Source of the DNA: Octopus sinensis
Lineage: Eukaryota
Assembly: GCF_006345805.1 (NCBI RefSeq)
Contig: NW_021836317.1
Location: 1 to 64,000 of the forward strand
Direction of reading: 5' to 3'
DNA: 64,000 nt
The notes beneath the pieces were generated by a model that did no database searches, was not told the DNA's origin, and saw only the letters and a program-made list of their open reading frames with translations. How positions within the stretch are numbered: position 1 is the stretch's first letter; every line of letters starts with the position of its first letter. Both the position numbers and the translations under genes were made by a program. Shown in pieces: positions 39,380 through 52,915 of the stretch.

Positions 39380-39617
39380 TCTCTTTTACTTGTTTCTGTT
39401 ATTTAACTGCGGCCATGCTGGAGCACCACCTCTAATCGAGCAACTCGACCCCAGGAGTTATTCTTTGTAAGCCCAGTACTTATTCTATCGGTCTCTTTTG
39501 CCGAACCTCTAAGTTACGGGGACATAAACATACCAGCATCGGTTGTCAAGCAATGCTAGGGGGACAAACCCAGACACACAGACACGCATGCACATATATA
39601 TATATATATATATATAG

Positions 39618-39684
<67 letters not shown>

Positions 39685-39842
39685 CGACGGACTTCTTTCA
39701 GTTTCCGTCTACCAAATCCACTCACAAGGCTTTGGTGGGCCCGAGGCTATAGTAGAAGACACTTGCCCAAGGTGCCACGCAGTGGGACTGAACCTGGAAC
39801 CATGTGGTTGGTAAGCAAGCTACTTACCACACAGCCACTCCT
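39380..39842 (-). mobile_element. SINE family B, full length with expanded internal (TA)n
   Basis: Family B head, body and tail; internal microsatellite at about 39570-39683. Confidence 0.9.
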
Positions 39843-39903
39843 GCGCCTATGTGGATGTTTTCTATTCAACTTATTATTTATTATTGTTTCTGAGTTGATT
39901 TAG

Positions 39904-39966
39904 TGGAGGCAATATTGCCCTATGTATGTGGATATAGAGGACTGAGCGTGGCGCCATGGTTTCCAG
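39904..39966 (+). CDS. Candidate 63-nt symmetric exon (phase 1 to 1), EAILPYVCGYRGLSVAPWFP
   Basis: T-rich tract ending gatttag, perfect donor cag|gtaagt, other two frames closed; LPYVC resembles the end of a C-type lectin domain. Confidence 0.35.
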
Positions 39967-40672
39967 GTAAGTCAGTTTAGTTGAATCGTGGTACTAGCAG
40001 TGGGTTGCAGGCCGAGGGGTGGGATGGGGGACAACATGCATCTCCACATTCCGTCCATCTTTATGTTCCGATTTCAAATCACACAGTGGCCGGCTGTGCC
40101 TTTCATTCATTCGAGGTCGATAAAATAAGTATCGGTTGAGAATTAGGTCGGTTTAACGACTTCACGATTAACGTCTCCCAAATTTGTTAGACGTGTGTCT
40201 TCAGTAGACAGAATTATCAGATTGTGCGGATGAGGAGAGAAAAAAGAGAAATAATGTTTGTGTTGGATGGCAATAGCAACGCCAGCAGTCATAGCATACT
40301 AGTTGCAGATGTTGAGATGTTGATGATGATTAAGATAATGACGTTTTCCATAGTGGAATACTTTACATGATTTACTGATTGAAGAGGAAAGGGTAATTTT
40401 TTTTTGCTAGATTTTAAGAAAGAAGTGCCATCAAGTTCTGTCAGAAGATCCTTTAAAGCTCAGGATAGAGCAGGGAACAATGTAATTGTTGCTGTTGGTG
40501 TTGTGAGAGTGGAAAGCTGACAGAAAAATTAGTGCAGAGGAGAAAATACCTCAAATAAGGTCTATTACCATACAAGCTTTACGTAAACATATATATATAT
40601 ACATATATATGAGTGTGTAATATATATATTATATATATATATATATATATATTAATATATATATATTATATA

Positions 40673-40754
<82 letters not shown>

Positions 40755-41694
40755 TATATATACATATGTATAACACCCTTCGCGCAGTTTCCCCCTATCA
40801 TAACTTACGTAAATCTTTCACAATGTCTTCATCGACGTAGAGTTATTGACGAATACAAAAGCACAGCTTAGCGGCGGTGGAACGAAATTCGAAACCAGGC
40901 AGTTGCAAAGCGAAATTCTCCACCTTTCAAATTCCTCGGCGTCTAGCCATGCCAGTCTCCGTTATTATCATTACAGACATGCGATATGTTCATCATTATT
41001 CCTATTTATTTTCCTTTTTTTTTCCTATTTATTTCCAGTAAATGTTTCACTTCTTTTCGTGTCAAAACAGACGAAGGCATTTTATGTGAGATTGCAATTT
41101 GAAAGTCGTTTTGTTTCTTTTTTTTTAAGCTGTTCTTTGTGCAAGAGTAAAAAAAAAAAAAGAACATTTGTTTGTGGTTTGAATACCGAATATTTGGTTA
41201 TGTGTATATTGTTTGATTTCTGATTTGGTTAAAAAAAAATGTAAACGAAATCATTTGTTTGCTATTCAATTGATTATTGAATATTCTGTAAGTTCGTTTT
41301 TTATTTTATTTTATGTAACAATAAACGAGAAAATTTGTTTGCATTTCAATATAGAATATTTAGTAGATAAAAAATATTGTGTACTTACGGATAATTCTAG
41401 TTTTGCAAAAATATTGAAAAGAGTGAATGTGGCTGAATAGCATTCAAAGTAAAATTGAATACCTGTGGGTTGTATAACAGACATCGTAGAGCAACTCTGA
41501 GAACCACGTCTGTCTGGTCACTCACGCACGCACACGAACACACACACATATTATATACACAAGTGCAGATATATAAATATACATACGTGTATAGTACACA
41601 TACACACACACATATTTAGGTATTTATGTACATATGTATGCTCAAGTTCATCTCAATTATTGAGAAGTACGTAGAAAAAGCGAGAGTTATACAG

Positions 41695-41863
41695 AAGGTG
41701 ATGGCAGAGTAGATACAACATTAAAAACTATATAGAACAATAACAAAGATATTAAAAATGTTACCTTAGACTTATTTAATTCAATATTTCGAACGTAACA
41801 TTCCAATGTCTTTGTTATTGTTACGTTTGATTTTTAATGTTCGATCTACGTTGCTATCACCTT
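41695..41863. repeat. Old imperfect inverted repeat (about 70-bp arms, 30-bp spacer)
   Basis: aaggtgatggcagagtagatacaacattaaaaa...aaatgttac versus the reverse complement of gtaacattcc...gctatcacctt. Confidence 0.7.
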
Positions 41864-41954
41864 TAGCAACTCATCGATTTTGAACAGACGTATTCGCACC
41901 CTCTCTTATAGAGACATGTGCGGGTGTGTGTAGGTGAGTTTTGAGAGTATAATA

Positions 41955-41965
41955 CATACATTCAC

Positions 41966-42025
<60 letters not shown>

Positions 42026-42072
42026 TTATCTATATATCTCTCTATCTCTCTATCTCTCTCTCTATCTATTTC

Positions 42073-42110
<38 letters not shown>

Positions 42111-42158
42111 CATTCTTATCTATCTATCTGACTGTCTGCCTATGTATCTGTCTGGCTG

Positions 42159-42235
<77 letters not shown>

Positions 42236-42255
42236 ATCTATCTATCTATCTATCT
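41955..42255. repeat. (TATC)n microsatellite
   Basis: Direct inspection. Confidence 0.95.
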
Positions 42256-42286
42256 GCCCATTCATATAATCTAGAAATATGAAGAT

Positions 42287-42329
<43 letters not shown>

Positions 42330-42335
42330 ATATAT

Positions 42336-42418
<83 letters not shown>

Positions 42419-43129
42419 GTATATATAAAATCTATAGCATAATACATAATATATTATATATTTATGTGTGTGTATATGCATATATACGAAGACACATATG
42501 TTATACACACCTATATACGTTTGGTTGGTATGTGTATATATTAGTGATTTTTGCTAATAATAGTTCACTGCATATGGCCATCACCCACGATGTGAAAGTT
42601 CTGGAATACAGGCTATGAATGAATTCGCAAAACGTCAACTTCCCAGCTTCAAAGAGGTACTTTCTACAGTTAGTTATTACCTTATATCATACAACTGCCT
42701 TGCTCCAGCGTGTGCCATAACTAAAGATCATGTGTTGCCTTACATCGCAGAACCCTGAAACACTCCAGATATCCACTGTCAGCTCCTGCCATTCGTTTCA
42801 ACCATTAGCTTTATAGGTATCACAATTACTACGTTTCAAACTGGAAAATAAGTGCGGGGCGACTTTTTTTACTTGAGAGTGAATTTGGTCGACGAAATCT
42901 GCATGCATAACCGTCTTCTATCTATATATCTGTCTATCCATGATAGATCGTCAGCCATTACACATTCTTTATTTTCTGTCCTTGTTTCTTTCTGTGTTTC
43001 TTTCTGTGGAAGAGCGTAGGCTCGAAATGTTAACGACTTTTACACCACACGAGCGTTAATCTAATACATCTTTGTATTAGGCAACATATATGACTCAAGG
43101 AAGAGGACTTGTTAAGTTCAGTAATTTAT

Positions 43130-43445
43130 CTTCCTTGCTTCCCGCTCTTGCATGATGAAACTGGGGTCATGCCACATTAGCGATCCAAGCGATATCATTA
43201 TGCGTAGAAGCGACCATATCCACCAGTGATCTCCATCGCTGCCAGTCCCGTACCAGCCCCCCTGTATCCTCCAAGACAACGATGAGTCTCTCGAGATATT
43301 TCCCAATTAAGTCAACCTCTCTGATGCGGTGGCTACCACATGGCCTCTTCCATCCCGAAATTGCTGTATCGAATGAGTATAAAACCTGGTGGGGTAGTCT
43401 AGCGGGAGATGGAGGACATGTCTTTACCACTGCATGCGACGTATA
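43130..43445 (-). pseudogene. RTE-clade LINE 3' end
   Basis: PARLPHQVLY...GWKRPCGS...LVRDWQRWRSLV matches RTE ORF2 C-terminal motifs. Confidence 0.8.
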
Positions 43446-44149
43446 CCTCGAATAATAATTATTTGAACGTTACTAGCATATAAGGCTGATCGTACTTTGG
43501 TGAATATGCATGTAGGGCAATATTACTGCTTACCCTGCAAAATATTGTGATATGATAGATTTTTTACATATCCATGTACTAACATACGGAATACTATATT
43601 TGATAGCGTATTTCTTAATGGAATATAGAAATGAGAATTTGGTTACAGCTTCACAGTGTGTGACCCTTTCATTTTTATGATATAATGAGTAATTAAAGAA
43701 TGAATCGGGTCCTATGTTCCCTTTCCTTAGATAATGGTGAGCACAGTCACTTAACCATTAAGCTACGTGCTTTCTCTTTTATAAATGTTTGTGAGTAAAC
43801 AAACACATATTTTTAAAAATCTACTCGAAAGAGTAATTTGTAGTAGGGCTAAATAATTGCGACTGCAATATGGCTTCTAGTAAATTGCTTGTCCTACGAG
43901 AATCAAGGACTCCATTTATTATTTAATTAGGCAAAATTTATAATTAGATAATGTAATTCAATATTTTAAAGAAAATATGTTGTATATTGTTGCTCATAAG
44001 TATTCTGGGCATTTTTTGACCTCAAGGTAATCAACAAAAGATATAGATTTAAAATTTGGTTATTTCAATATAACAATGTCTCAATATTCTTTTCTATTAT
44101 AAGCACTAGGCCTGAATTTTTTTTATTTTTTTTTTTGAGGTGGGGGGTA

Positions 44150-44482
44150 ACTAGTTTCACTGGTACTTATTTTACAGGCCCCGAAAGGATTAAGGGTAAA
44201 ATGGACCTCAGCAGAAATTGAACTCAGAATATAGAGACGGGCGAAATACCTGTTTCTTTACTACCCACAAGGGGCTAAACACAGAAAGGACAAACAAGGA
44301 CAGACAAACGGATTAAATCGAGTTTATCGACCCCAATGCGTTACTGGTACTTATTTAATCGAACCCGAAATGATGAAAGGCAAAGTCGACTTCGGCGGAA
44401 TTTGAACACAGAACGTAGCGGTAGACAAAATACCGCTAAGCATTTTGCCTAACGCGCAAACGATTCCGCCAGCTCGCGGCTT
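44150..44482 (-). mobile_element. SINE family A dimer
   Basis: Two reverse-complement units with head ctaagcattttgcc...ccagctcgcgg. Confidence 0.85.
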
Positions 44483-45319
44483 TATCTTAATATTGTTTAT
44501 AAAGAAATGTGGCGTTCCAGAAATCTATTATTATTTAGCATTAAAGATTGATGGGAATTGTTCAACTTAATGGTAAATTACTACGCCAGTACCTGAAGGG
44601 TACAGGATCGGCTCCCGTATTCGTCTCCGGGTAACTTCCTTTTTTTACCGAATTATAAATTACCCAATCTGCCTGTTATTGTCAAACTATACTGCGTTCG
44701 AAATCTACTTTCTCGTCTGTAAAATGTCTTATGTATTATGTTTTAATTCATGCTGATTTGAAACTGTGTTGCCTGAATTTCAGTTATATGTGGTGGGTGT
44801 CTATCCGTAAGTTTGTGAGCGTTTGCGTATGTGTGAGTCAATGGAAAGTTATGCATAAATACGGAATGCAAGTGAGACATATTTCTGGGAAAGCGTTCTT
44901 TGCTGTGAAAAGCTGTGATATGTAAATGCTGCGTCCGATCTTATGGATACATTTAATGAAACGTGAGGAAATCAAAAGGGTTCTGACCTTTTGAAGCATT
45001 TGATTAAGCGTGTTTCCAAGGAAACACGCTTTCTCTCTCGCTGATTTAATCAAATATTCAAATATGTGAAAATGCTCAGTGATTGACCTTTTGAAATATT
45101 CGTCTGTAGATAGGAATGAATGGGAGGTTATATTTTAATATTTACTTCAAACGGCTGTAGTTTGGCACAGTGGTACGGCACTCGGTAAAATGCATTTCTG
45201 TATGATAGTTCTTATAGCTTCCCGGACGAATCTATATCTCGGTAATCGATAAAATAGAATAACAGGCAAAAGTTCCGGTTCAATTTCTTATTTACAACAT
45301 GCATCAAACAGGATCAGGG

Positions 45320-45580
45320 ATGAAATTAGAGGCAGACGCTGGAACTGTGTCGGACTCGTCCTCCGACACGAACGAGAAAGCGATTGTAGGGTGGCACTAA
45401 AGGGACAGCCTGAGGTGGAATGAGCATCAGAGCGCTAGGAAAGCACGTGACGAAGGACCATTTACAGGAGAAGGAGACGCAGAACCTGGGGAATTTAGAC
45501 TGAGACTAGAACAGGGGGGAGAAAACAGAGATAGTTCGGGAGATCATGTTGAGGCTTTATGTGGATCAAGTTACAAAGAG
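45320..45580 (+). pseudogene. RTE-clade LINE 3' end (second subfamily)
   Basis: EIRGRRWNCVGLVLRHERESDCRVALK...RRTI...EAL resembles RRWRWIGHVLR...CRVAL.W.PEGKR.RGRP..TWRRT; multiple stops. Confidence 0.8.
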
Positions 45581-46394
45581 AAAAAAACGAACGAACAATC
45601 GAACTAATTAACTAACTAATTAACAAAGTTACTAGATAACTAACTGACTAACTTACTAACTACACACATGCAAACTAATACATATAGTATTTACGCAGGG
45701 GTGACAAACAAATAGCAACTACCTATTACTTTCGGAAGTTGAATATTTTCAAGTAATAATAGGTTATGAACCTATATACACACCCATATTTTCTTTGACA
45801 AACTAGTCCTTTATTTCTCTTGATACGTATACATCTACATATATACATGTTATGTTGCTTCGTCTTAAGACTGTCGACAGTATATTGTGATGTAATAAAT
45901 CTACCAAAATACTTATGCATCGTCGAGCCTCGAGAAACAGCGGTTGGGTTTAAAACACCTTCCTTTCAACAATTTAATTTTCTCTGCCGTTTGTTATATG
46001 TTAGTTGGAACCATTAATATTAATATTTATATATTTATACATAAAAATTCATCATCTGGAAGATTTCAGCGTTTGATTCCCCTCATTTTGAATATATACA
46101 TATGTAAATACTTTGCGTTTGATGTTTAATATATTTAATATATTTCAGGTGTCTAATTTGTTTTATCTGCTCAATTGCCTCTATAAAACCTCAACTGGGT
46201 CTCTCTCTCATGGCCTTTCTTTAGCTTGGGGAATGATTCCCTGTAAAATCATCGGAATCTTGAAGTTTGAATATTTTGAGCACAACAAAGTGTCTCCCAT
46301 ACGAAGAATGTCCGCATCTCATCAGTGAAATACACACACAAAAACACACGTACACACAATATATGTGTGTGTCTGTGTATATGTAATATATAGT

Positions 46395-46432
<38 letters not shown>

Positions 46433-47147
46433 ATATAATATATATATATATATATATACACATATATATATCAACGTGATCACCGTGACCGACCAGGCTA
46501 TCAGATGTTGCTACACATCGCTGGTCACAATGGCATATATGTATAGAATAAGTATTGGCTTACAAAGAATGAGTCCCGGGGTCAGTTTGCTCGACTAAAG
46601 GCGGAGCTCCAGCATGGCCGCAGCCAAATGACTGAAACAAGTAAAAAGAGTAAAAAAGAGTAAAGAGTATATGCTTATATATATATATATATAGTTATAT
46701 AAAATATATCTATATATAAATAAATATAGGGATGGTATTATTAAAATACCATCACGAGTGGCAAGCGAATTATATATATAAAATATATACATAGAATTCT
46801 AGATGTGTACATATATACACAAGGGCACTACATCAGCACCTAAATCGCTAAAAAATAGAAATCAAAAATAATTTGGCACTAAATTTCGAAACCGGTACCA
46901 CGTTGGCCAGCTTCTTCAGATCCAGTAGAGGTAAGATGTTATTATTGTTCACTGAATTTTTTTCCTATCATATCTGTAGCATATTTGAGACTATTCGGTG
47001 GTACAGAAGTATTTTTTACTTCTATCATTAGCGATATAGGTACTCATGTAGTGCCCTTGTGTATATATGTATATATCAAATATTCTATGTATATATTTTA
47101 GACATATAAATAGAAGTGTTCATAAATGGCTATGCTCATATATAACC

Positions 47148-47545
47148 GTGGCTGTGTGGTAAGTAGCTTGTTTACCAACCACATGGTTCCGGGTTCAGTC
47201 CCACTGCGTGGCACCTTGGGCAAGTGTCTTCTACTATAGCTTCGGGCCGACCAAAGCCTTGTGAGTGGATTTGGTAGATGGAAACTGAAAGAAGCCCGTC
47301 GTATATATGTATATATATATATGTATGTGTGTCTGTGTTTGTCCCCCTAGCATTGCTTGACAACCGATGCTGGTGTGTTCATGTCCGCGTTACTTGGCGG
47401 TTCGGCAAAAGAGACCGATAGAATAAGTACTGGGCTTACAAAAGAATAAGTCCCGGGGTCGAGTTGCTCGATTAAAGGCGATGCTCCAGCATGGCCGCAG
47501 TCAAATGTCTGAAACAAGTAAAAAGAGTAAAACGAGAAAGAGTAT
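47148..47545 (+). mobile_element. SINE family B, full length
   Basis: gtggctgtgtggtaag...ccgggttcagtccc...ctccagcatggccgcag...gtaaaaagagtaaaa. Confidence 0.92.
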
Positions 47546-48041
47546 ATATGGACATAGATATGTTTATATATCACCGTTATGTATATAAATATTGTGTATA
47601 AACTGACTGTTGGAGCTAAATTTTGAAGACTTTTATCTACATAGAAAACAATGATGTATAAAAATACATTAGATTTGTTCACACACGCACATATCCAAAT
47701 ATCTGTACGTTGTTATTGCATCAGATATCTATTTTATGATGTCCCAATATTCTCGTGTCACATGCTGAAAATCTTTGCAATAAAACAAGAAAAATAAAAG
47801 CAAAATGAGCAGCCAAAGAAAACCTTTGTATACGGCAAGTCCTAAAAGGCATTAAACTCGCCAGAGCGTAACTCGTATCTCTGATGACCATTGGTCTTCT
47901 ATCATTAACTGAAAAGAAATGACACTGCAGCTCTCTCGCCAATATATTTCTATTCATTGTCTCATATCTACCGTTCCTTATGTTGTGGCGGAGGAAGAAA
48001 TGGGCAGTATAAAGGTATGTCTATAAATAGGATGTGTGTAT

Positions 48042-48074
<33 letters not shown>

Positions 48075-48147
48075 TAGATATATATTATATATATATATGT
48101 ACATGCATGCATATATATATATATGTATATATGTATATATACATATA

Positions 48148-48197
<50 letters not shown>

Positions 48198-48223
48198 AAT
48201 ATATAATATATATATATATATTA

Positions 48224-48259
<36 letters not shown>

Positions 48260-48260
<1 letters not shown>

Positions 48261-48600
48261 GTCCCTGCCCAATTCAAGATCACAGCATACATGTACATGC
48301 AACATAATTTCTTTTCCTCACAGGCCCTGCCCTATTTAACATTGTTCCGAAAGAGATCAAAGAGGAACAGGATCCCATTAACTTTAAACGGAATCTGGAT
48401 AGATTCCTTCAAAGAATACCAGATAAGCCACCCATAATTGGATACAACTCACCCAACAAAAACTCACTACTTGAATGGACCATAAGCAAAACTTGACTTA
48501 AACAGAGGATTCGAATAATCCTATCAGGTGGTGTTATTAAGTTAGACATGGCCTGGAACAATCATTGGTCGAAGCACATCTAAGTTTATCTAGTTTACCT
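48260..48600 (+). pseudogene. Non-LTR retrotransposon ORF2 C-terminus and 3' UTR inserted in (TA)n
   Basis: 48308-48496 reads [62 protein letters not shown], typical GP.LFN.LP...FKR.LD..L..IPD.P; exact clade uncertain. Confidence 0.8.
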
Positions 48601-48608
48601 AAGTATAA

Positions 48609-48701
<93 letters not shown>

Positions 48702-48764
48702 ATATACATATATTTATATACATATACATACATACATGCATATAAGCTTCTCTATCTATCTATA

Positions 48765-49160
48765 GTGAAGGCACGTGGCTTAGTGGTTTGAGCAATCGGC
48801 TCATAATCGTAAAGTCGTGAGTTCAATTCCAGGCAAAGCATTGTGTCCTTGAGCAAGACATCATATTTTACCCAGTCCGCTCAGCTGGCAGAAATGAGTA
48901 GTACCTGTATTAGAAAGGGCCAGCCATGTCACAGATTGTGACAAGGCTGACCCTTTCAAATACAGGTACGGCAGAAACAGGAAGAAAGAGAGAGAGAGAG
49001 AAATTTGTGGTGAAATACCACAGGAGAGATCGTCACCAACCCCTGCCGGAGCTTCGCGGAGCTTTATGTATTTTCGCTCAATAAACACTAATAACGCCCG
49101 GTCTGGGAATCGAAACCGATATCCTATGACCGCGGGTCCACTGCCCTAATCACTGGGCCA
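48765..49160. mobile_element. Two tRNA-derived SINE heads in opposite orientation (48765-48960 plus, 49005-49160 minus)
   Basis: Plus: ggcacgtggcttagtgg...gagttcaattcc...gtgtccttgagcaagac; minus: tggcccagtgattaggg...ggtttcgattccc. Confidence 0.75.
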
Positions 49161-49181
49161 TTGCACTTACACTGTATGTAC

Positions 49182-49238
<57 letters not shown>

Positions 49239-49288
49239 TGTATGTATGAATCTATATATATTATATATATATATATGATGTATGAATC

Positions 49289-49333
<45 letters not shown>

Positions 49334-49495
49334 AAATATATATATATATAATATATATATGCATATATGTATATAAGTATGTATGAGTGTATATATAATA
49401 TATATATATTTATATAAATTTATATATGTCTACATCCATCTATTCATCTATTCATCTCACTCTTTCTCTTTATATATACATATATATAAATATAT

Positions 49496-49526
<31 letters not shown>

Positions 49527-49579
49527 TTTATATATATATATATATAATATATATATATATAATTATATATATATTATAT

Positions 49580-49654
<75 letters not shown>

Positions 49655-49755
49655 GTATATAGATAGATGCGCATACATAGAAAGTTACGTCATGTGTGTA
49701 CATGCGCATATATACGTCTGACAACAGTTTCTTTTTGAACACAAGGCTATGTATA

Positions 49756-49797
<42 letters not shown>

Positions 49798-50176
49798 CTC
49801 GTTCCTACATAGAAACCAACATTCAGCAGCCTCTATCACTAATATCCCAACAACAATGAGAGGAGATCACGAATTTTCATCAATGGGATGTCAATCAATT
49901 TAACCGATTGGTGTGAAAAAGGTTTTTACATCTTTTGATCATCCATAGCAATTCCCAAGGAACCGGAAAAAGGACATATCATGCCATCTATGTAAATTCC
50001 TCATGAATGCAACAGATGAAAGCAATTTCCAAAATGCTGTTCAACCAAATTATCCTTCTTGATATTTCATGATGACGTTGTGGAAAAATTTTGGCTTTTG
50101 GCTTTTTTGGTCCTAATAAGAATTATGTGTGTCTCTATGTGTTCGTGTATGCATACACATACACACACATACACCC

Positions 50177-50216
<40 letters not shown>

Positions 50217-50323
50217 ACACATGTGTGTGTGTCTGAGTATATATATATACATATACATATATATATCCACACACATATATAGATATATATACACATACAT
50301 GCATCTATATAAATATAAGTATC

Positions 50324-50354
<31 letters not shown>

Positions 50355-50389
50355 TATATATATATATATATATATACATATATATATAA

Positions 50390-50420
<31 letters not shown>

Positions 50421-51649
50421 CATATGTACATATTAATATATATTTATATTCACACAAACATAAATACCCAGTGAAGACAGTAGGTGTTGATGTTATAACT
50501 CCTGTCTTGGAAGACGCGAAGAAGCCACGCCGCCATGACTCATGGCTCTTCCCAATCTCGCCTTGTTTGTCCTGTCATTTATTATTCTTATTATCTTTAA
50601 CTTCTTTTTGTATATATTTCCCTTCTCTGCAGTACTGTAGATCATTCGGCATTGTCTAATTCATTCTGTGTAGTTCTTTGTACCTTTTTTGTCCGAAGAC
50701 AAGTTTTCTGACAAGGAAATACAATATATATTAATGATTATCTCAAATCAGACAAGTGTAACAAACCAATATTTCAAAGCTATTTGCCATTTGACATTTG
50801 CTGATGAACAACTCATCAAATATATTAGAGTTATTTTCCAAATGGGTTCCTACTCGTGTTTTCTTCTTACTTCTTATAGAATTATGGGACTTTTTTACAG
50901 TTATATACACGTATTTTCTAACTTATAAGAATGTACGCATGCATGTATAATATATACATATATATATATATGTATATAGAAATATATATATATATATATA
51001 TGTGTGTGTATATAAATATACATATATACATATATATACATATATATATATACATATACATACACACTCGTAAACACACTCCAACAAACACAGACGCAAA
51101 CACACACATATGTATATATAAGCATAGATACATACACACACACGCATATACATATATACGTGGACATATATCTATAAATAAATATAGATATGCATATATT
51201 TATATATATAATATATATATATTATATATATATATATATATATGAGTAGATAGACAGATAGATATACATATGTATATAATATAAACAATATATATATATA
51301 TATAATATATATGCATATATACATATGTATATGTGCATACATAAATACGTACATATGTGGGCACAGGACGTCATGAAACTTGTACAACGAAGACGTACGA
51401 AGCACGGGTACGTGGAACATGAATTATTCTTTCGAACAACGAATGACACGCAAAACAAACAGCATAAAGAACGACCCTTCCATAGTTGTTGGCAGTTTGC
51501 TCGAAATACGAGACTCGTTTTATATGATTGAACGCCACACGTCCTCTTCCAAGTAAGTTTTATCTACCCCCCTCTCTGTCTCTACAAGTACACACACATA
51601 CGTATAGATATAGAATACTTATACGTATACATATATATATATATATATA

Positions 51650-51922
51650 TTTAAATAATGAGGGAGATAAATTAATATTAATTTTAATATCAATTTAAAA
51701 CCAGTAGTCCAGCATACAAAAATCTGAGAAGTCAGAGAAAATTCTAATACATGTGTATATTGGCAGGGCTTACTGCTAGGAAGTCGGCCGTATGCTAGAA
51801 ACAGATCATCAACGATCAAACTACAAGGAAAATCTCTAGAGGAAAAATTCCTTGTAGTTTGATCGTTGATGATCTGTTTCTAGCATACGACCGACTTCCT
51901 AGCAGTAAGCCCTGCCAATATA
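51650..51922. mobile_element. (TA)n-embedded fold-back element with 75-bp arms
   Basis: 51756-51830 versus 51848-51922, one mismatch, 17-nt spacer; leader aataatgagggagataaatt. Confidence 0.8.
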
Positions 51923-52078
51923 TATATATATATATATGGTGGAGGATAGAGAGAGAGAAAGAGTATTAGTCTTCCATATCCATGCTGTATAACTGCAATA
52001 GATCACCAGAAAAATAGTCAAATTAGGAAGCTAATACAAACAGAATTCAGCACTAAATCAACCAGGAACTGAAATGAA

Positions 52079-52136
<58 letters not shown>

Positions 52137-52439
52137 TAATAATAATAATAATAAATAAAATAAAAGAAAATGTAAAAAATCCAACAAATACGTATACAAA
52201 GTAATATCGTAAATAAAAGAAAAATATATTCAAATATGGTATTAACAGTTAAAATTGTGTGAATACGCAGAGTATTTGGATTACGTCTATTTAATGAATG
52301 CATCAATTTCAAAATTAGTTTTGCCACATTCAGTTTGTATATACTTTACTCATTTGGAGTTTACATATTCATATGTATGTATATGCGCATGTATACATAT
52401 GTATATTTATATATGTATATATATATATATATATATCTA

Positions 52440-52556
<117 letters not shown>

Positions 52557-52685
52557 GTATGAGTGCATGTGGTGTGGTCTGTGTATGTGTGCATATATAA
52601 ATATATTTGCGCTATTACGTATACATTTACAATCAGATGTACGCAGAAGAAGGCAAGCCCACACGTATATGTACATATACATACA

Positions 52686-52718
<33 letters not shown>

Positions 52719-52765
52719 GCGTATATACATGCCCACACACGCACAGAGACATATATATAAGCATA

Positions 52766-52915
52766 AGAGTGGCTGTGTGGTAAGTAGCTAGCATGTCAAT
52801 AACACAGATTCGGGTTCAGTCCACTGGGTGTCACCTTGTGCCTGTGTCTTCTACTACAGCCTCACCAGCCGGAAGCCTTGTGAGTGGATTTCGAAGATGG
52901 AAACTGAATGAAACC
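52766..52915 (+). mobile_element. SINE family B 5' half
   Basis: gagtggctgtgtggtaag...cgggttcagtcc...ccttgtgagtggattt...ggaaactgaa. Confidence 0.8.

Noticed and set aside
46880-46936. Strong donor gag|gtaaga and a cttcttcag/gaaaccggta ribozyme-like motif
   Set aside because: No credible acceptor upstream, and the hammerhead elements do not lie on one strand in the right order.
12900-49160. tRNA-like A-box and B-box segments
   Set aside because: None folds into a complete cloverleaf with acceptor stem; all continue into SINE bodies, so no tRNA gene is called.
49810-50090. Possible Penelope reverse-transcriptase remnant (SLY.TNIP-like, IFHDDV)
   Set aside because: Motifs appear only after assuming several frameshifts; insufficient without a profile search.
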